Below, in pieces: positions 23,877-40,552 of a DNA stretch of 64,000 nucleotides. The position numbers and the translations under genes are program-made. The notes below the pieces were generated by a model. The model saw nothing but the letters and a program-made list of their open reading frames with translations, did not search any database and had not been told where the DNA came from. The first letter of the stretch is position 1; the number at the start of each line of letters is the position of its first letter. Source of the DNA: Octopus vulgaris (lineage: Eukaryota); the NCBI GenBank assembly GCA_951406725.2, contig OX597818.1:558001-622000 (forward strand), read 5' to 3'.

Positions 23877-26041
23877 CCTTAAATCCTTAAATCCTTAAAA
23901 ATGTTTTAGCCCGAAGGCCGCGGCCATGCTGGGGCACCACCGCTGAATGAGCCACACTAGTTTGTGAATCCACCTCTGATACGTGGCACTTGATCAACAA
24001 GGGAGTTCGATGCTGCTGCCCGCATCCGTGTCTCCTGTCGTGAGGTAGGTTCATCTGGGACTCCCAACAAGAAGAGATCCAGTTTAGTTTTAAAGAAACC
24101 CACATCCACACCATGTAAGTCTCTCAGGCATTTAGGGAGGATGTTGAAAAGCTGTGGTCCTCTGAAACCCAAGCTGTTGCAGTATCTGGACCTGTATTTT
24201 GATGGTGATGTTGGAATCCTTGGCACCACGCAGCGGCGCCCCGTTCTGCGGTTGGAGTAACTTTGAATGCCAAAGTTTGGGACAAGACCCTCCAGGATTT
24301 TCCAGATGTATATTACTGCATATCTCCCGCCTCCGCTCCAGGGAGAAGAGGTTTAATACCTTCAGTCTTTCCCAGTAGCTGACATTTTGCATTGAGACGA
24401 TTTTCTTTGTGTAGCTTCTCTGAGTTGCTTCGAGTTCTGCTGTTTGTTTTATATTGTGTGGTGACCAAAGTTGGGAGCAGTAGTCCAAGCGGCTGAGGAC
24501 AAATGTTTTCCATAGGACCATCAGTGTCTCCTTCTCTCTTGTTCTGAAAGTTCGGAGAATCCATCCAGCTAGCCGTCTGCATTTTATCACCAGATTAGCA
24601 ATATGCATTTGGAAAGATGCATCATTGCTCATGTCAATGCCCAGGTCACGCACTGATTTTGACTCAGGGATTGCAATTCTTCCTGGGCCAGTGTATCCAG
24701 TCTTCACGTCATTTACCTTTGTGTGCCAGTAGCGCAGGGCCTGGAACTTACCTGCATTAAACTGCATGTTGTTGTCCTCAGCCCACCTGTATATTGTGTC
24801 CAGCTCATGTTGCAGATGCGCAATATTTTCAGGGTTCTGTATTGCGTGGGAGACCTTTGTGTCATCTGCATAGCTAGCAAGGGTGGTCATCGTAGCAACT
24901 GAAGGCATGTCTGAAAGGGCCACTATGAACATCAGTGGCCCCAAGACAGTGCCCTGTGGGACACCGCTTGTTATTTGCGTTTCCCTGGAGGTGGCTCCAT
25001 TGCTCACAACTGCCTGTTTTCTGTCTTTTAGGAAGTTGTGCAGCCACTCTCCAAGTTTCCCGCCTATGCCGAGACCACGCAGTTTGTGACAGATCATACC
25101 ATGGTCGACTTTATCAAAGGCTTTTGCAAAGTCAAGATATATTACATCCACATTTGAGCCATTTAGTAGCTGTTTCAACACCCAGTCATAGTGTTGCAGG
25201 AGCTGTGTTAGGCAGCCTCTACCTGGTCGAAATCCATGCTGGGTGTCAGACAGTAAGTCATTTTCTTCAAGGAACATGATTAGTTTCTTACGGACTATTC
25301 GTTCCATGACTTTGCTGATGTGTGAGGTCAGAGAGATAGGCCTATAATTTTTAGCATCTGCTCTGCTACCTCCCTTATGGATAGGGCATATTACCCCCTC
25401 TTTCAGTTTGACTGGGAGCTTACCACTTGCAAGAAAGCTCTGAAAAAGAAGCTGTAGCGGTTTTGCAAGGGCTCGTTTGCACGATTTGAGAAGGATCGCT
25501 GGGAATCCATCAGGTCCAGCAGCTGAGTTTGTGTCAATCTCATCAATGGCTAGTGTGATATCATCTTCTTCGATGTTGATGTACTCAATTTTTGTCTCTT
25601 TGGCCGCTGGTAAAGTGGCAAAGAATTCTTCTGGGTTGTTTACTTGCCTATGTCCTAGAGCTGTAGTGAATACACTTTGGAACTGTTCGTTCAGTATTTC
25701 ACTTATCCTCGTGGGATTTCCTGTGAGAGAGCCATCTTTTTGGAAGAGAGGTCCTATTCTCTGGTGCACTGTGGCTGTCTCTTTGGCAAACTTAAAGAAA
25801 GCTTTAGGGTTTGATTTTATATTTTCTATTACCCAAGCTTCTTTATCTGCTCTCTCCTTTTCATGGGACTGATGTAGACTTTTCTCAGTTTCCATTAGCA
25901 TTCTTTCGAGCCGAGACTTCTCACCACTTTTGGTGTGCTTGCTCAGGCGGTTTGCAATCCTTGTCCGTCGTCTCATAAGAATCCTCCTTTCTCTAGGGAT
26001 CCTGTTTTTATTCTTGTGTGTGCTGGCCCTGCACATTGGGA
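23877..26041 (-). mobile_element. CR1/L2-group LINE, 5'-truncated, with a complete RT domain and (TTTAAGGA)n tail
   Basis: Motifs [39 protein letters not shown] and YADD (24861-24872). One frameshift near 24325; the C-terminus continues in ORF 23957-24229. Short 3'UTR and an 8-mer tail. Confidence 0.95.
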
Positions 26042-28902
<2,861 letters not shown>

Positions 28903-29429
28903 CTTGCCTCGCCTCGTATTGCATTTTCTGTATAATTTATTAGTTATTGTTGACCATCGGTTTCCGGCCTCGTGTCTCGCTAAATACAGAATAGATATTA
29001 AGTTTCTCCATACAGGGTTTTTTCAATGGCGGCCGATTTTCGCGGGGTTCCACTATTCCCTTCTCTGTCTCTCTCCCTCTTTTACGTTGTCTGCCCTCCC
29101 CCTCTTCCTTTCCCCCCTTCCATTGCTAAGAGCATTTTTAAGCCAGCCCGTCAAGTTCAACCTTCGCATATTCCCGGTGCACCCGCCCTTGCCCACCCCC
29201 ACCACCAATACCGGATATCTCTATATTTTTGCTCCATCTATACCGTATGTCGCTTCTCCCACCACCATTATAGGTGTCTACTCTTCGAACCCCCCTCTTC
29301 AATACGCTATTTCACCATGCATTACCCCTCTCGTGATATCCTACGTTCTACTTGTCTAGAACCTGTCATCGTTTCTCCGAACACCCCTCCCCACTGGTGC
29401 TCCCCTATATTTCTGCACCATCCCTCCAC

Positions 29430-29736
29430 AAAAAGCACCATCCGAACGTGGCCGATGCCAGCACCGCCCCGACTGGCTCCTGTGCAGGTGGCACATAAAA
29501 AGCACCAACTGACCGTGGCCGATGCCAGACCCCTCTGGCACTTGTGCAGGTGGCACGTAAAAAGCACCCACTACACTCGCGGAGTGGTTGGCGTTAGGAA
29601 GGGCATCCAGCTGTAGAAACACTGCCAGACCAGACTGGAGCCTGGGGCAGCCCTGGCTCCCCAGACCCCGGTCGAAACCGTCCAACCCGTGCTAGCGCGG
29701 AAAACGGACGTTAAACGATGATGATGATGATGATGA
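29430..29736 (+). mobile_element. RTE 3'UTR fragment with (GAT)n tail (duplicated at ~38543-38850)
   Basis: AAAAAGCACC subrepeats and the shared RTE 3' terminus. Confidence 0.9.
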
Positions 29737-29747
29737 TATATATATAC

Positions 29748-30027
29748 ACAAAATTTAGAGGAATGACCACTAATAGTGGACAGCCTGTATGCTAGATATA
29801 GACATCAAACTCGTCATTTACCATGAAGAATGTGTTTCTTGAGAACACATTCTTCATGGTAAATGACTAGTTTGACGTCTATATCTAGCATACAAGCTGT
29901 CCCCTATTAGTGGTCATTCCTCTAAATTTTGTATGTATAAAATTTTTAATCTTCGGATTTTTAAAAAATATGCTAGACCACTGGTTTTAATTGATTAATA
30001 TCAATTTCTACCCTTATTTAATCTTAT
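29748..30027. mobile_element. Fold-back element (185-bp hairpin 29748-29932 plus unpaired extension) flanked by (TA)n; probably an inverted Penelope-like terminal repeat (duplicated at ~38862-39141)
   Basis: ~90-bp arms around GAAGAATGTGTT-TCTTGAG-AACACATTCTTC. The class is inferred from the architecture. Confidence 0.6.
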
Positions 30028-31170
30028 ATATATATATATATATATATATAAATGTAGCAGGCATGAACAGCATGCCTAGGATATCTCAGTGTATTTAGTG
30101 GGACATCCCCTTCTTTATGCATAGACTTGATGTGATACAAACTGCATGCATTGATGCACAAAATCCAACCTATAATGGACAGCTGCAGGATGGGTTGAAA
30201 CAATTATCACACTATTTTTCATTTTTATAATCAATTATTATCAATAATATTAATACGCTTAGTTTTGTTTGTTTTTGTATGTACCTGTGGTGTGTGTCAC
30301 ACTTACTTCAAAGGAAGAAGTGAGTGGAGAAATGAGTGGCAAAGCAAGAGAGAGGAAGACAGAGAGGAAGTAAGAGATAGAGTGAGAGAGAAAGAGAGAG
30401 ATTGAAAGAGACAGTGAGTGGTAACAGCATTCATTTTGTGTTTTTAAATGTTTATCACATCGCAAGAAAAGTAGGTACATACACACATTTTTAAATTAAA
30501 AGCGGGAGAGAGGATGGACACAGTGGAAGTGAAAGAGAAAGAGAGAAAGTGAGAGAGACAGTAGATACATAGATCCAGAGAAAAGGTGATACATAGATAC
30601 ATAGACACAGCAAATATTGCTTGTCATTTTCACTTTTCATTACCACACCAAGATAAAATTAACTCGCAAGTGGCTAAGTACTCCAGACATGCATATCATT
30701 AATGTAGCTCTCAGGGAGATTCAGTTTTACACAGAATATGACAAAGCTGGCCCCTTTGAATTTACAGCTACAACTCATTTTGACCAACTGAGTGGACTAG
30801 AGCAAAATAAACCTGCAAGTGGTTGGAAGAAAATGAAAAAAAGATCCTATATGGAGCAGGAAAATCTTATTAGTCGTTAGGGTCACTATGGGTGTTAATC
30901 CAGTCCTAACAGTGGCATCTGTGGGTCTCACAGATCTGTAGGCCAAGCCCCCAGATAAACACCAATGCGCAGGCTGTTATCAAACTGAGTGTGAGTCAAG
31001 GGCGAATACACAACAGAATAGCAATTATTTCGTCTTAGCTTTCACTGCTTATATTAAACACATTTTTGCCTTACCATATGGAACATTTCTTTTTCTTTCA
31101 CTCTTTTTAAAAAATGGCACTCCATCAGTTAAGACAACGAGGTTCCTGTTTATCTGATCAATGGAGCAGT

Positions 31171-31379
31171 CTCTTTTACTCTTTTACTTGTTTCTGTCAT
31201 TTGACTGCAGCCATGCTGGAGCACCGCCTTTAGTCGAGCAACTCGACCCTGGCACTTATTCTTTGTAAGCCCAGTACTTATTCTATCGGTCTGTTTTGCC
31301 GAACCGCTAAGTGACGGGGACATAAACACACCAGCATCGGTTGTCAACCAATGCTAGGGGGACAAACACAGACACACAA

Positions 31380-31434
<55 letters not shown>

Positions 31435-31596
31435 TACGACGGGCTTCTTTCAGTTTCCGTCTACTAAATCCACTCACAAGGCTTTGGTCAGCCCGAGGCT
31501 ACAGTAGAAGACACTTGCCCAAGGTGCCATGCAGTGGGATTGAACCCGGAACCATGTGGTTGGTAAACAAGCTACTTACTACACAGCCACTCCTGC
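31171..31596 (-). mobile_element. Full-length family-B SINE with CR1/L2-type tail (duplicated at ~40289-40714)
   Basis: Reverse strand reads GCAGGAGTGGCTGTGTAGTAAG (A box), GGTTCAATCCC (B box), CORE-like CACCTTGGGCAAGTG, internal (TA)n(TG)n, and 3' GGTGCTCCAGCATGGCTGCAGTC...(GTAAAAGA)n. Confidence 0.92.
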
Positions 31597-31607
31597 TCAT
31601 AAAATTA

Positions 31608-31859
31608 ATGCACAAGTAGCTGAGTACTCCACAGACATGCATACCCTAAGTTAGTTCTCAGGGAGATTAAGCCTCACACAGAATGTGACAAGGCTGGCCC
31701 CTAAGAATTACAGTTACAACTCATTTTTGCCAGCTGAATAAACTGCAACAAGGTGAAGTAGAATACATTGCTCAAAAACACAGCACGCCACCCAGAATTG
31801 TACTCGTGAGTTTACAATAATGGGCCGAATACCCCTAACCACTGAGCCACGCACCTTCA
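31608..31859 (-). mobile_element. tRNA-derived SINE, family C (partial copies at ~30660-30810 and ~10765-10850; duplicated at ~40726-40977)
   Basis: Reverse strand starts TGAAGGTGCGTGGCTCAGTGGTTAGGG, followed by CAGCTGGCAAAAATGAG and a distinct 3' part. Confidence 0.75.
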
Positions 31860-32334
31860 GTCACTTAACTGTAGAGAAAAGGAGTGAAGTGATAGAAACA
31901 GAGAAAGGAAAGCCTCAGTCATTTACAATGACAGACTGAAATACAATTGATCTTTTCTCACTTCTTTACTTTTAACAATGAAGAAGAGAAAGTCTTTCAG
32001 GTGTTTACGTTTTTATTCTGGAAGTTCTAGAATGAGCGACTGTTAGTTCTCTCTTCTTTCCCACAACCCCAGTACTTATTCGACTTCTTTTATAGTATTT
32101 CATGTCTTTTAGTTGGGGGGAAAGACCATGTTCCTTTTTCAGGTACATTTAATGAATTCTCTACAAACGAGCCTCCCTCCCTCCCCTTTTATTTTCATAC
32201 AAAAACTAATGCAAATTTTGAACAGGGTATAGCTGTGAAAAGAGCCCAGAAAATTGGGTAATGCCCCCTACAAAATGGGTGAGGGAGAAAAGTTGCCAAC
32301 AGGTGACTACACGAAATTGAACTCTATATTTTAA

Positions 32335-32655
32335 AGAGTATCTTCTACAATAGCCTCGGGCTGACCAAAACCTTGTGAGTGAATTTGGTAGATGGAAACT
32401 GAAAGAAGCCCATCATATATATTATATATCTGCATGTGTGTGCTTGTATCTGTGTTTGTCCCCCAACCACCATTGTTTGACAACCAATGTTGGTGTGTTT
32501 GCATCCCCGTAATGCAGCTGTTTGGCAGAAGGGACTGATAGAATAAGCACCAGGCTTACAAGGAATAAGTCCAGGGGTTGATTTCGTTAACTAAAGGGTG
32601 GTGCTCCAGGATGGTCACCATCAAATGACTGAAACAAGTAAAAGAATAAAAGAAT
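32335..32655 (+). mobile_element. 5'-truncated family-B SINE with CR1/L2-type tail (duplicated at ~41455-41775)
   Basis: TCTTCTACAATAGCCTCGGGCTGACC...GGTGGTGCTCCAGGATGG...GAAACAAGTAAAAGAATAAAAGAATA. Confidence 0.85.
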
Positions 32656-33387
32656 ACCAGAAGAACATTCTGGTACCACTAAACAAAGAAGGTTCTTTAA
32701 ATATGTACGATGTATTTTAAGGCTAAATAGTAATTCTGTTTACATTTGCGTAACAGATATTTTGGTTAGATTATATAGTTATCGGTTTTTCGCTTCTTTC
32801 TATATTCTCTAAGTGTCACAATATAGAAACATTTCTCATGGCACCAGCACATAATTTGCAGATGCTTACACTTTTTGTTTTCCATGAATTTTTCACAGGG
32901 CCAGCTAGTCATTATTATTATTAAATAAGTTAATATTTAAGTGTTAGGTATGTTCCTAGTAGTATGCCAATAAAGCACATTCACTGCCTATGGCTAGATG
33001 CACCACAACTAGTTGTATAGTTTCCCATCTACAAGGGATTGATGCAGGATATGTCGAAATGATCATTGTGAACAATAATGTTTCCCGTGTATTCCATTTT
33101 CCATTTCTATCATTTGCTTTATATATATTTAATTACCATCAATATCATCATTATTTTAAAATTCACTTTCTTATGCTTACATGGGTCAAATAGTCGAAAC
33201 AGGGTTTCTATTGCTGGATACCTTTCCTGTCACCAAGCCTTATCTGTTTTCAAGCAAAGTAATATTTCCTCTTGGCCAAACATGTTTTTCATGGAAGACT
33301 GGAAACGAATACCACTACTTGCATATCAGTGACATTCATTTCCAACTATTGTGTGATGTCAAAACAAGGTCACTCACACACACACAT

Positions 33388-33435
<48 letters not shown>

Positions 33436-33991
33436 CTGAGTTCAACTATATAAATGCCTCATCAGCAATAACATATAACATCAAACTGAAACTAGTAGGA
33501 TCAATTCAGATTCTTGATATTCTTCTTTACTAATCTGATTAGAGCAATATATAATCTACAGCTTAAGATGTCATACACAAGACATCATATTTAATTTGTC
33601 TCTAATAGATATATATACTCACAGTACTCTTTGCTGTTGTTATTTACTGTTGTATATAATTTACAGCTTAAGATGTTGTACACAAGATATCGTATTTAGT
33701 TTTTCTTTAATAGTTATATACCTTCAGCAATCCCTGTTGTTGTTTTGCCTCAAGCCAGTCTTGACTGAACAGGCAAATGAGCAAAGGCTTTGCAACAATG
33801 GCTCTTTTATTAACATAGCATTCATTTTTTTAAAGATTGTACTATATGGTTTGAGATTTGGCTGTTATTTCAAATTGATTGGACAACCACATAAAGGCTC
33901 CTCAAAAAGTTTCCAGAATGTTTACAACCCTAGCACTTCATTACAAACTGTCTTGGTCATAATACTAATACTACTACAAATAATGATAAGC

Positions 33992-34587
33992 CTTTCTACT
34001 ATAGGCACAAGGCCTGAAATTTAGGGGGAAAGCGCTAGTTAATTACATCTATCCCAGTGCAAAACTGATACTTAATTTATCAACCCTGAAAGAACAAAAG
34101 GCAAAGTCTAACCTTAGCAGAATATGACCTCAGAACATAAAGACAGATTAAATGCCTCTAACCATTTTGTCCAGTGTGCTTCTTTCTACTATAGACACAA
34201 GACCTGAAATTTTGGAGTAGGGAGCTGGTCGACTACATTGACACCAATACTTAACTGATACTTATATTATTGACCCCAAACGAATGAAAAGGAACGTCAA
34301 CATCAGAGGAATAAAAATAGTAATGACTGATATTAAAATTTTGAAATAATTTTTAATAATTATATTACTGGGTTCAAATTTTGGCCTAAGGCCAGGAATT
34401 TCAGACAGGAGGGGTGGGTGGGGGTAAGTCGACCCCAGTATTCAATTGTTACTTATTTTATCAACCCTAAAAGGATGAAAGGCAAAATCAACCTTGGTGG
34501 AATTTGAACTCAGAATATAAAGACAGATGAAATGCTGTTAATCATTTTGCCCAGTGTGCTAGCGATTCTGCCAATTCACCGCCTTAA
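33992..34587 (-). mobile_element. Cluster of three family-A SINEs (duplicated at ~43113-43708)
   Basis: Same units as at 6632-7315. Confidence 0.82.
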
Positions 34588-35199
34588 CAACAACAGCAGC
34601 AACATCACCACCACCACCACCAATTTGTTAATTAAATCAATTTGTATGAAGTGTGGGTATTAGTGTCTGAATGTGATGTTGGCATCAAATGGGTGTGGCT
34701 AGCCTCTACGACATATTTGTTCTAAGAGAGAGAGAGAAAGACAGACAGAAAGAGATAAAAGATGATCTTGAATGACTTCAATTAATTAATCTGTTAATAA
34801 TTATTTCAAACAGTGGGATGGCTTTATATAGAGTATCAGAAGATAAACTGAATGTGTAGTATCTTCAATAGGGGTCAAAGCCAATTTCATCTAGAATTTT
34901 TTGATAGTATCAAATGCAATAATAGTGGTACCTTATGTTCAATCTTTTAATTACTTCCTGCTGATACAAGACTGAAGTAAAGTAAGACTAATATGCAATG
35001 CACATACTATGTACAACAATATAATTGAAGTCCAGGAGCTAGGTCCAGCATATGCCTGAAATCAAAATCTAGACAAAGAGTTCCATGAGAAAACACAAAT
35101 GTAGCCTAAGTAAGACAAAATCTCAGAGAACTTTAACCTCATCTTGACAGAAAATTATATACAACAGAATATAAGAAAATTCAAAGCAGCAAAGAAAAT

Positions 35200-36870
35200 T
35201 CTTAATGAGACATATTTGATGGAGCAGAAAAAAATATGTTGAAAAGCAAGATAAAAGAAATAGAGAATGTGCAGGAAAATCAGTAATCCAGACTGCTATG
35301 AGCCACAATTGATGAAGTTTTAGGGAGGAAGAAGATCAACTCTAATCTGATAAAAGCTAAAAGTGCTGAAAGAAAAGAGTAGCTCTTTGGAGGAAGCATT
35401 TCCAGAACCTAGCAAAGCCAAACCCTAATGGTTGCTGATGTCCAAATTTTAAAAAAATGTAACACACCTTCCCAATAGAAATTGGAGCACTTATAATGGA
35501 AGAATTAAAACTTGCTATCAAAGAAATAAAGAACAACAAGGCCCCCAGGGCTTGATGAGATTCCAGCTGAAGTTTGGAAAAGTAACAAATTAAGTGAACA
35601 ACTACTGGAGATTTACAATGAAAGAATTGAAGGAGATGTAGCAACGGTATGGAGACAGGGAGGGATCTTACCATTTTCAAAGAAAGGTAACTTAACATCT
35701 ATAGGAAACTAAAGAGGCAGCAGAAATTTATAAAATGCTCCCGAATAGAATAAGGCCTCATGTTCATTTGCTTCTACACAAACAACAAAATGGATTTTGG
35801 AAAAAGGAGAACAATAACAGCACAGATACTAGCACTAAGGTTATTCATTGAAGGTATCAAACCAAAACAGCTTCCAGTAGTACTGGCATTCATAGACTCT
35901 GAAAGACTTTTCACTCGATCCATAGTGATAAGGTAATGGATATCTTGGTTACTTATGGAACCCCAGGAAAATGGTCTTGGCTATTGAAGTAATCTACAAA
36001 GATATTCCTCTGAAGGTAGTACCTCTTGATGGCAACACTGAGTCCTTTGAAATTATGTCAGGAGTACTTCAAGCTGACATTCTTGCCCACTTCTTATTCA
36101 TAATAGCACTAGACTATATGAGGAAAAAAAATCATGAAACCTTTGGCTTTAGCTTACAACAAGCAGAACTTCTCACAGATACAAATTATATATTGATGAC
36201 AGTGTTATCTTAAACGATAAAACAAGCCCAACTGTTTTTATTGTGAGTTGAGTCCTGTACTTCACAGACTGGCTTACATACAAATGAGGTAAAAATTAAA
36301 TATATGGCTTATGACCAAGAAGATAGCTTCCAATTAACAATGAATAGTTATGAAATGGAAAAAGTTGATGATTTATTCTTATCTGAGATGATGGGCGAAT
36401 ACAAGTGAGGACAATAAAACTTGGAACATTAAATCTAAACAGATTTTAAGATTAGCTTCTTCCACGTAACAATAGAAACTGTGCTCTTATTTGACTGCAC
36501 TACATGGACTCTAACTAAGGAACTGGAAAAAAAACTAGAAGAAACACACAAGACTTGTAAGAGCAGCACTTATCAAATAACATTGACAGGTTCTCTATTG
36601 TAATCTTCCAAGAGTTACCACCACCATAAAGGAAAGAAGACTAGGATTCTGTGGACATTGTTCTCATGGCAAGGATGAAATAGTCAAATGCTGATGTGGG
36701 AATCAACACATGTAAAGTAACCTAAGAGCTGTCTCACCAGGACATTTATTGATCAACTGGTTGAAAACTTTGGTTGATTGAAGAGTGGTCTACAAAGAGC
36801 AATGCAGGAGAGGGAATTCTAGAGACAAGTGGTTGATGGTGCTTGTCTGCAGATAACATGATGATGAAGA
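35200..36870 (+). mobile_element. Highly decayed RTE-like LINE RT region (duplicated at ~44320-45993)
   Basis: Broken translation LWRKHFQNL, ELKLAIKEIKNNKAP, QQNGF, VLAFID, SGVLQADILAHFLFIIALDY, ERRLGFCGHC; ends in ATGATGATGA. Confidence 0.8.
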
Positions 36871-36899
36871 CTAACGGTGGGGGGAAGTCAATAAATCCT

Positions 36900-37190
36900 A
36901 CCAATACCTACATGTTACCATTAACACTACTATTAACAAAGCCCACACTACCTCTGACTACACTACCATTAACACTACTGACACTGCCATGAACACTACC
37001 ACAAACTAGACAACTACTGCCTAAAGTAAAATTTATACAGCCACTACTCACACAACCCATTACTCGACAATTAACACTAACACTATCCAAAGTGCATTAA
37101 CACTATGTCTACCTACATTGGTATTAACACTACCACACAACCATTAACACTGCTACTACAACCAATAATGCTATCAGCACTAGTCAATAT
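36900..37190. repeat. Degenerate CCATTAACACTA/ACT-rich tandem repeat (duplicated at ~46023-46313)
   Basis: Recurring CCATTAACACTAC motif. Confidence 0.7.
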
Positions 37191-37399
37191 ATGCACTGCC
37201 ACAATTTTTGAACATTTGTTTAAAATATTGCAAATTATCTAAATTAATGAAATTGATTTATTCTAGAGTGAATAATAAAAACTGATAATAACAATAAAAT
37301 TAATCTATTATTACAATTAGTCATAAATATCCAACAACAAAATGTTAAAAATTGTCATGTTTCATTAACATAATTTATACTGCCTGTAATAAATTCTTA

Positions 37400-38395
37400 A
37401 AAGAGAAAGATGGCTGCTTATAAATGCCAAAACCTTCCCAGGCGAAGAATGCACCCCACAACATAGACTGGTAGTTAGTGACTTTAGGATCAGGACTAAG
37501 AGGGCGACTAGAAGACGACCAACAAGGAGAAGAAGGGTCTGGAAGCTTAAAGACCCTGCGAATGGACAGAGATTTAGAGACATGATACTTGAAGCTTTTG
37601 ACGAAATGGAAGGGGGTATAGCTACACATGGGGTAGAAGACAACTGGACGCTTCTGAGGGACAACCTGCTGAAAGCCACTGACCAGATCTGTGGCTGGTG
37701 CAAAGTCCCCTTAAGACCCAAAATAACGTGGTGGTGGAACAATATTGTTGACAGGGCTATTAGACAAAAGAAACAGGCTTGGAAGGACTGGAAGAACGGT
37801 GGTAGCAGGAAGTGTATCAGACTGCCAGAAGGGAAGCTAGGAGACAGGTCTATCTAGCCAGAGGGGAAGCAGATAAGAAAAATTTGCCAATGTTCTGCGC
37901 TGTGAGGATGAAAGACTTGAGGTATTTCGTGTTGCAAGACAGTGTGTGAGAGAGAATCGTGACGTGGTAGGAGAGAAATGTGTTCGCAAGGATGACGGTT
38001 CACTTGCACTAAATGAGGATGCAAAGAGAGAGGCTTGGAGACGCCACTATGAAAGGTTGCTGAATGAGGAAAATGATTGGGATAAAGAGAGTCTGCCGAA
38101 TGTCGACCCAACAGAGGGACCAGCAATCCGAGTTAATAGTTCCTTAGTAGTTAAGGCAATTACAAGCATGAAAACATGGAAAGCCCCAGGCCCATCAGGA
38201 ATTACTGCAGAGATGCTCAAAATATCTGGTAGTGTCGGCTATAGCCTAGTCACCCGTATAGTTAACCAGGTGATACACGAAGGAGTCATACCCAATGACT
38301 GGTGTAGCAGCATAATAGTCAACTGCTACAAAGGTAAAGGTGACGCCCTAGATACAAATAACTACAGGGGTATCAAGCTGCTGGATCAGGTAATG
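37400..38395 (+). mobile_element. RTE LINE, partial duplicate of 46523-47519, cut by the gap
   Basis: Identical to the later copy apart from a homopolymer indel near 37880 and a T/C change near 38136. Confidence 0.93.
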
Positions 38396-38495
38396 NNNNN
38401 NNNNNNNNNNNNNNNNNNNNNNNNNNNNNNNNNNNNNNNNNNNNNNNNNNNNNNNNNNNNNNNNNNNNNNNNNNNNNNNNNNNNNNNNNNNNNNN
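38396..38495. other. Assembly gap (100 N)
   Basis: Run of exactly 100 n. Confidence 1.
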
Positions 38496-39136
38496 CCCTC
38501 CCCACTGGTGCTCCCCTATATTTCTGCACCATCCCTCCACATAAAAAGCACCATCCGAACGTGGCCGATGCCAGCACCGCCCCGACTGGCTCCTGTGCAG
38601 GTGGCACATAAAAAGCACCAACTGACCGTGGCCGATGCCAGACCCCTCTGGCACTTGTGCAGGTGGCACGTAAAAAGCACCCACTACACTCGCGGAGTGG
38701 TTGGCGTTAGGAAGGGCATCCAGCTGTAGAAACACTGCCAGACCAGACTGGAGCCTGGGGCAGCCCCTGGCTCCCCAGACCCCGGTCGAAACCGTCCAAC
38801 CCGTGCTAGCGCGGAAAACGGACGTTAAACGATGATGATGATGATGATGATATATATATACACAAAATTTAGAGGAATGACCACTAATAGTGGACAGCCT
38901 GTATGCTAGATATAGACATCAAACTCGTCATTTACCATGAAGAATGTGTTTCTTGAGAACACATTCTTCATGGTAAATGACTAGTTTGACGTCTATATCT
39001 AGCATACAAGCTGTCCCCTATTAGTGGTCATTCCTCTAAATTTTGTATGTATAAAATTTTTAATCTTCGGATTTTTAAAAAATATGCTAGACCACTGGTT
39101 TTAATTGATTAATATCAATTTCTACCCTTATTTAAT

Positions 39137-39171
<35 letters not shown>

Positions 39172-40497
39172 GTAGCAGGCATGAACAGCATGCCTAGGAT
39201 ATCTCAGTGTATTTAGTGGGACATCCCCTTCTTTATGCATAGACTTGATGTGATACAAACTGCATGCATTGATGCACAAAATCCAACCTATAATGGACAG
39301 CTGCAGGATGGGTTGAAACAATTATCACACTATTTTTCATTTTTATAATCAATTATTATCAATAATATTAATACGCTTAGTTTTGTTTGTTTTTGTATGT
39401 ACCTGTGGTGTGTGTCACACTTACTTCAAAGGAAGAAGTGAGTGGAGAAATGAGTGGCAAAGCAAGAGAGAGGAAGACAGAGAGGAAGTAAGAGATAGAG
39501 TGAGAGAGAAAGAGAGAGATTGAAAGAGACAGTGAGTGGTAACAGCATTCATTTTGTGTTTTTAAATGTTTATCACATCGCAAGAAAAGTAGGTACATAC
39601 ACACATTTTTAAATTAAAAGCGGGAGAGAGGATGGACACAGTGGAAGTGAAAGAGAAAGAGAGAAAGTGAGAGAGACAGTAGATACATAGATCCAGAGAA
39701 AAGGTGATACATAGATACATAGACACAGCAAATATTGCTTGTCATTTTCACTTTTCATTACCACACCAAGATAAAATTAACTCGCAAGTGGCTAAGTACT
39801 CCAGACATGCATATCATTAATGTAGCTCTCAGGGAGATTCAGTTTTACACAGAATATGACAAAGCTGGCCCCTTTGAATTTACAGCTACAACTCATTTTG
39901 ACCAACTGAGTGGACTAGAGCAAAATAAACCTGCAAGTGGTTGGAAGAAAATGAAAAAAAGATCCTATATGGAGCAGGAAAATCTTATTAGTCGTTAGGG
40001 TCACTATGGGTGTTAATCCAGTCCTAACAGTGGCATCTGTGGGTCTCACAGATCTGTAGGCCAAGCCCCCAGATAAACACCAATGCGCAGGCTGTTATCA
40101 AACTGAGTGTGAGTCAAGGGCGAATACACAACAGAATAGCAATTATTTCGTCTTAGCTTTCACTGCTTATATTAAACACATTTTTGCCTTACCATATGGA
40201 ACATTTCTTTTTCTTTCACTCTTTTTAAAAAATGGCACTCCATCAGTTAAGACAACGAGGTTCCTGTTTATCTGATCAATGGAGCAGTCTCTTTTACTCT
40301 TTTACTTGTTTCTGTCATTTGACTGCAGCCATGCTGGAGCACCGCCTTTAGTCGAGCAACTCGACCCTGGCACTTATTCTTTGTAAGCCCAGTACTTATT
40401 CTATCGGTCTGTTTTGCCGAACCGCTAAGTGACGGGGACATAAACACACCAGCATCGGTTGTCAACCAATGCTAGGGGGACAAACACAGACACACAA

Positions 40498-40552
<55 letters not shown>

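Larger units (their letters stand above)
29385..38395 (+). repeat. Copy 1 of a ~9-kb near-identical direct duplication
   Basis: Collinear with 38496-47519; differences are mostly homopolymer or microsatellite length. Confidence 0.98.
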
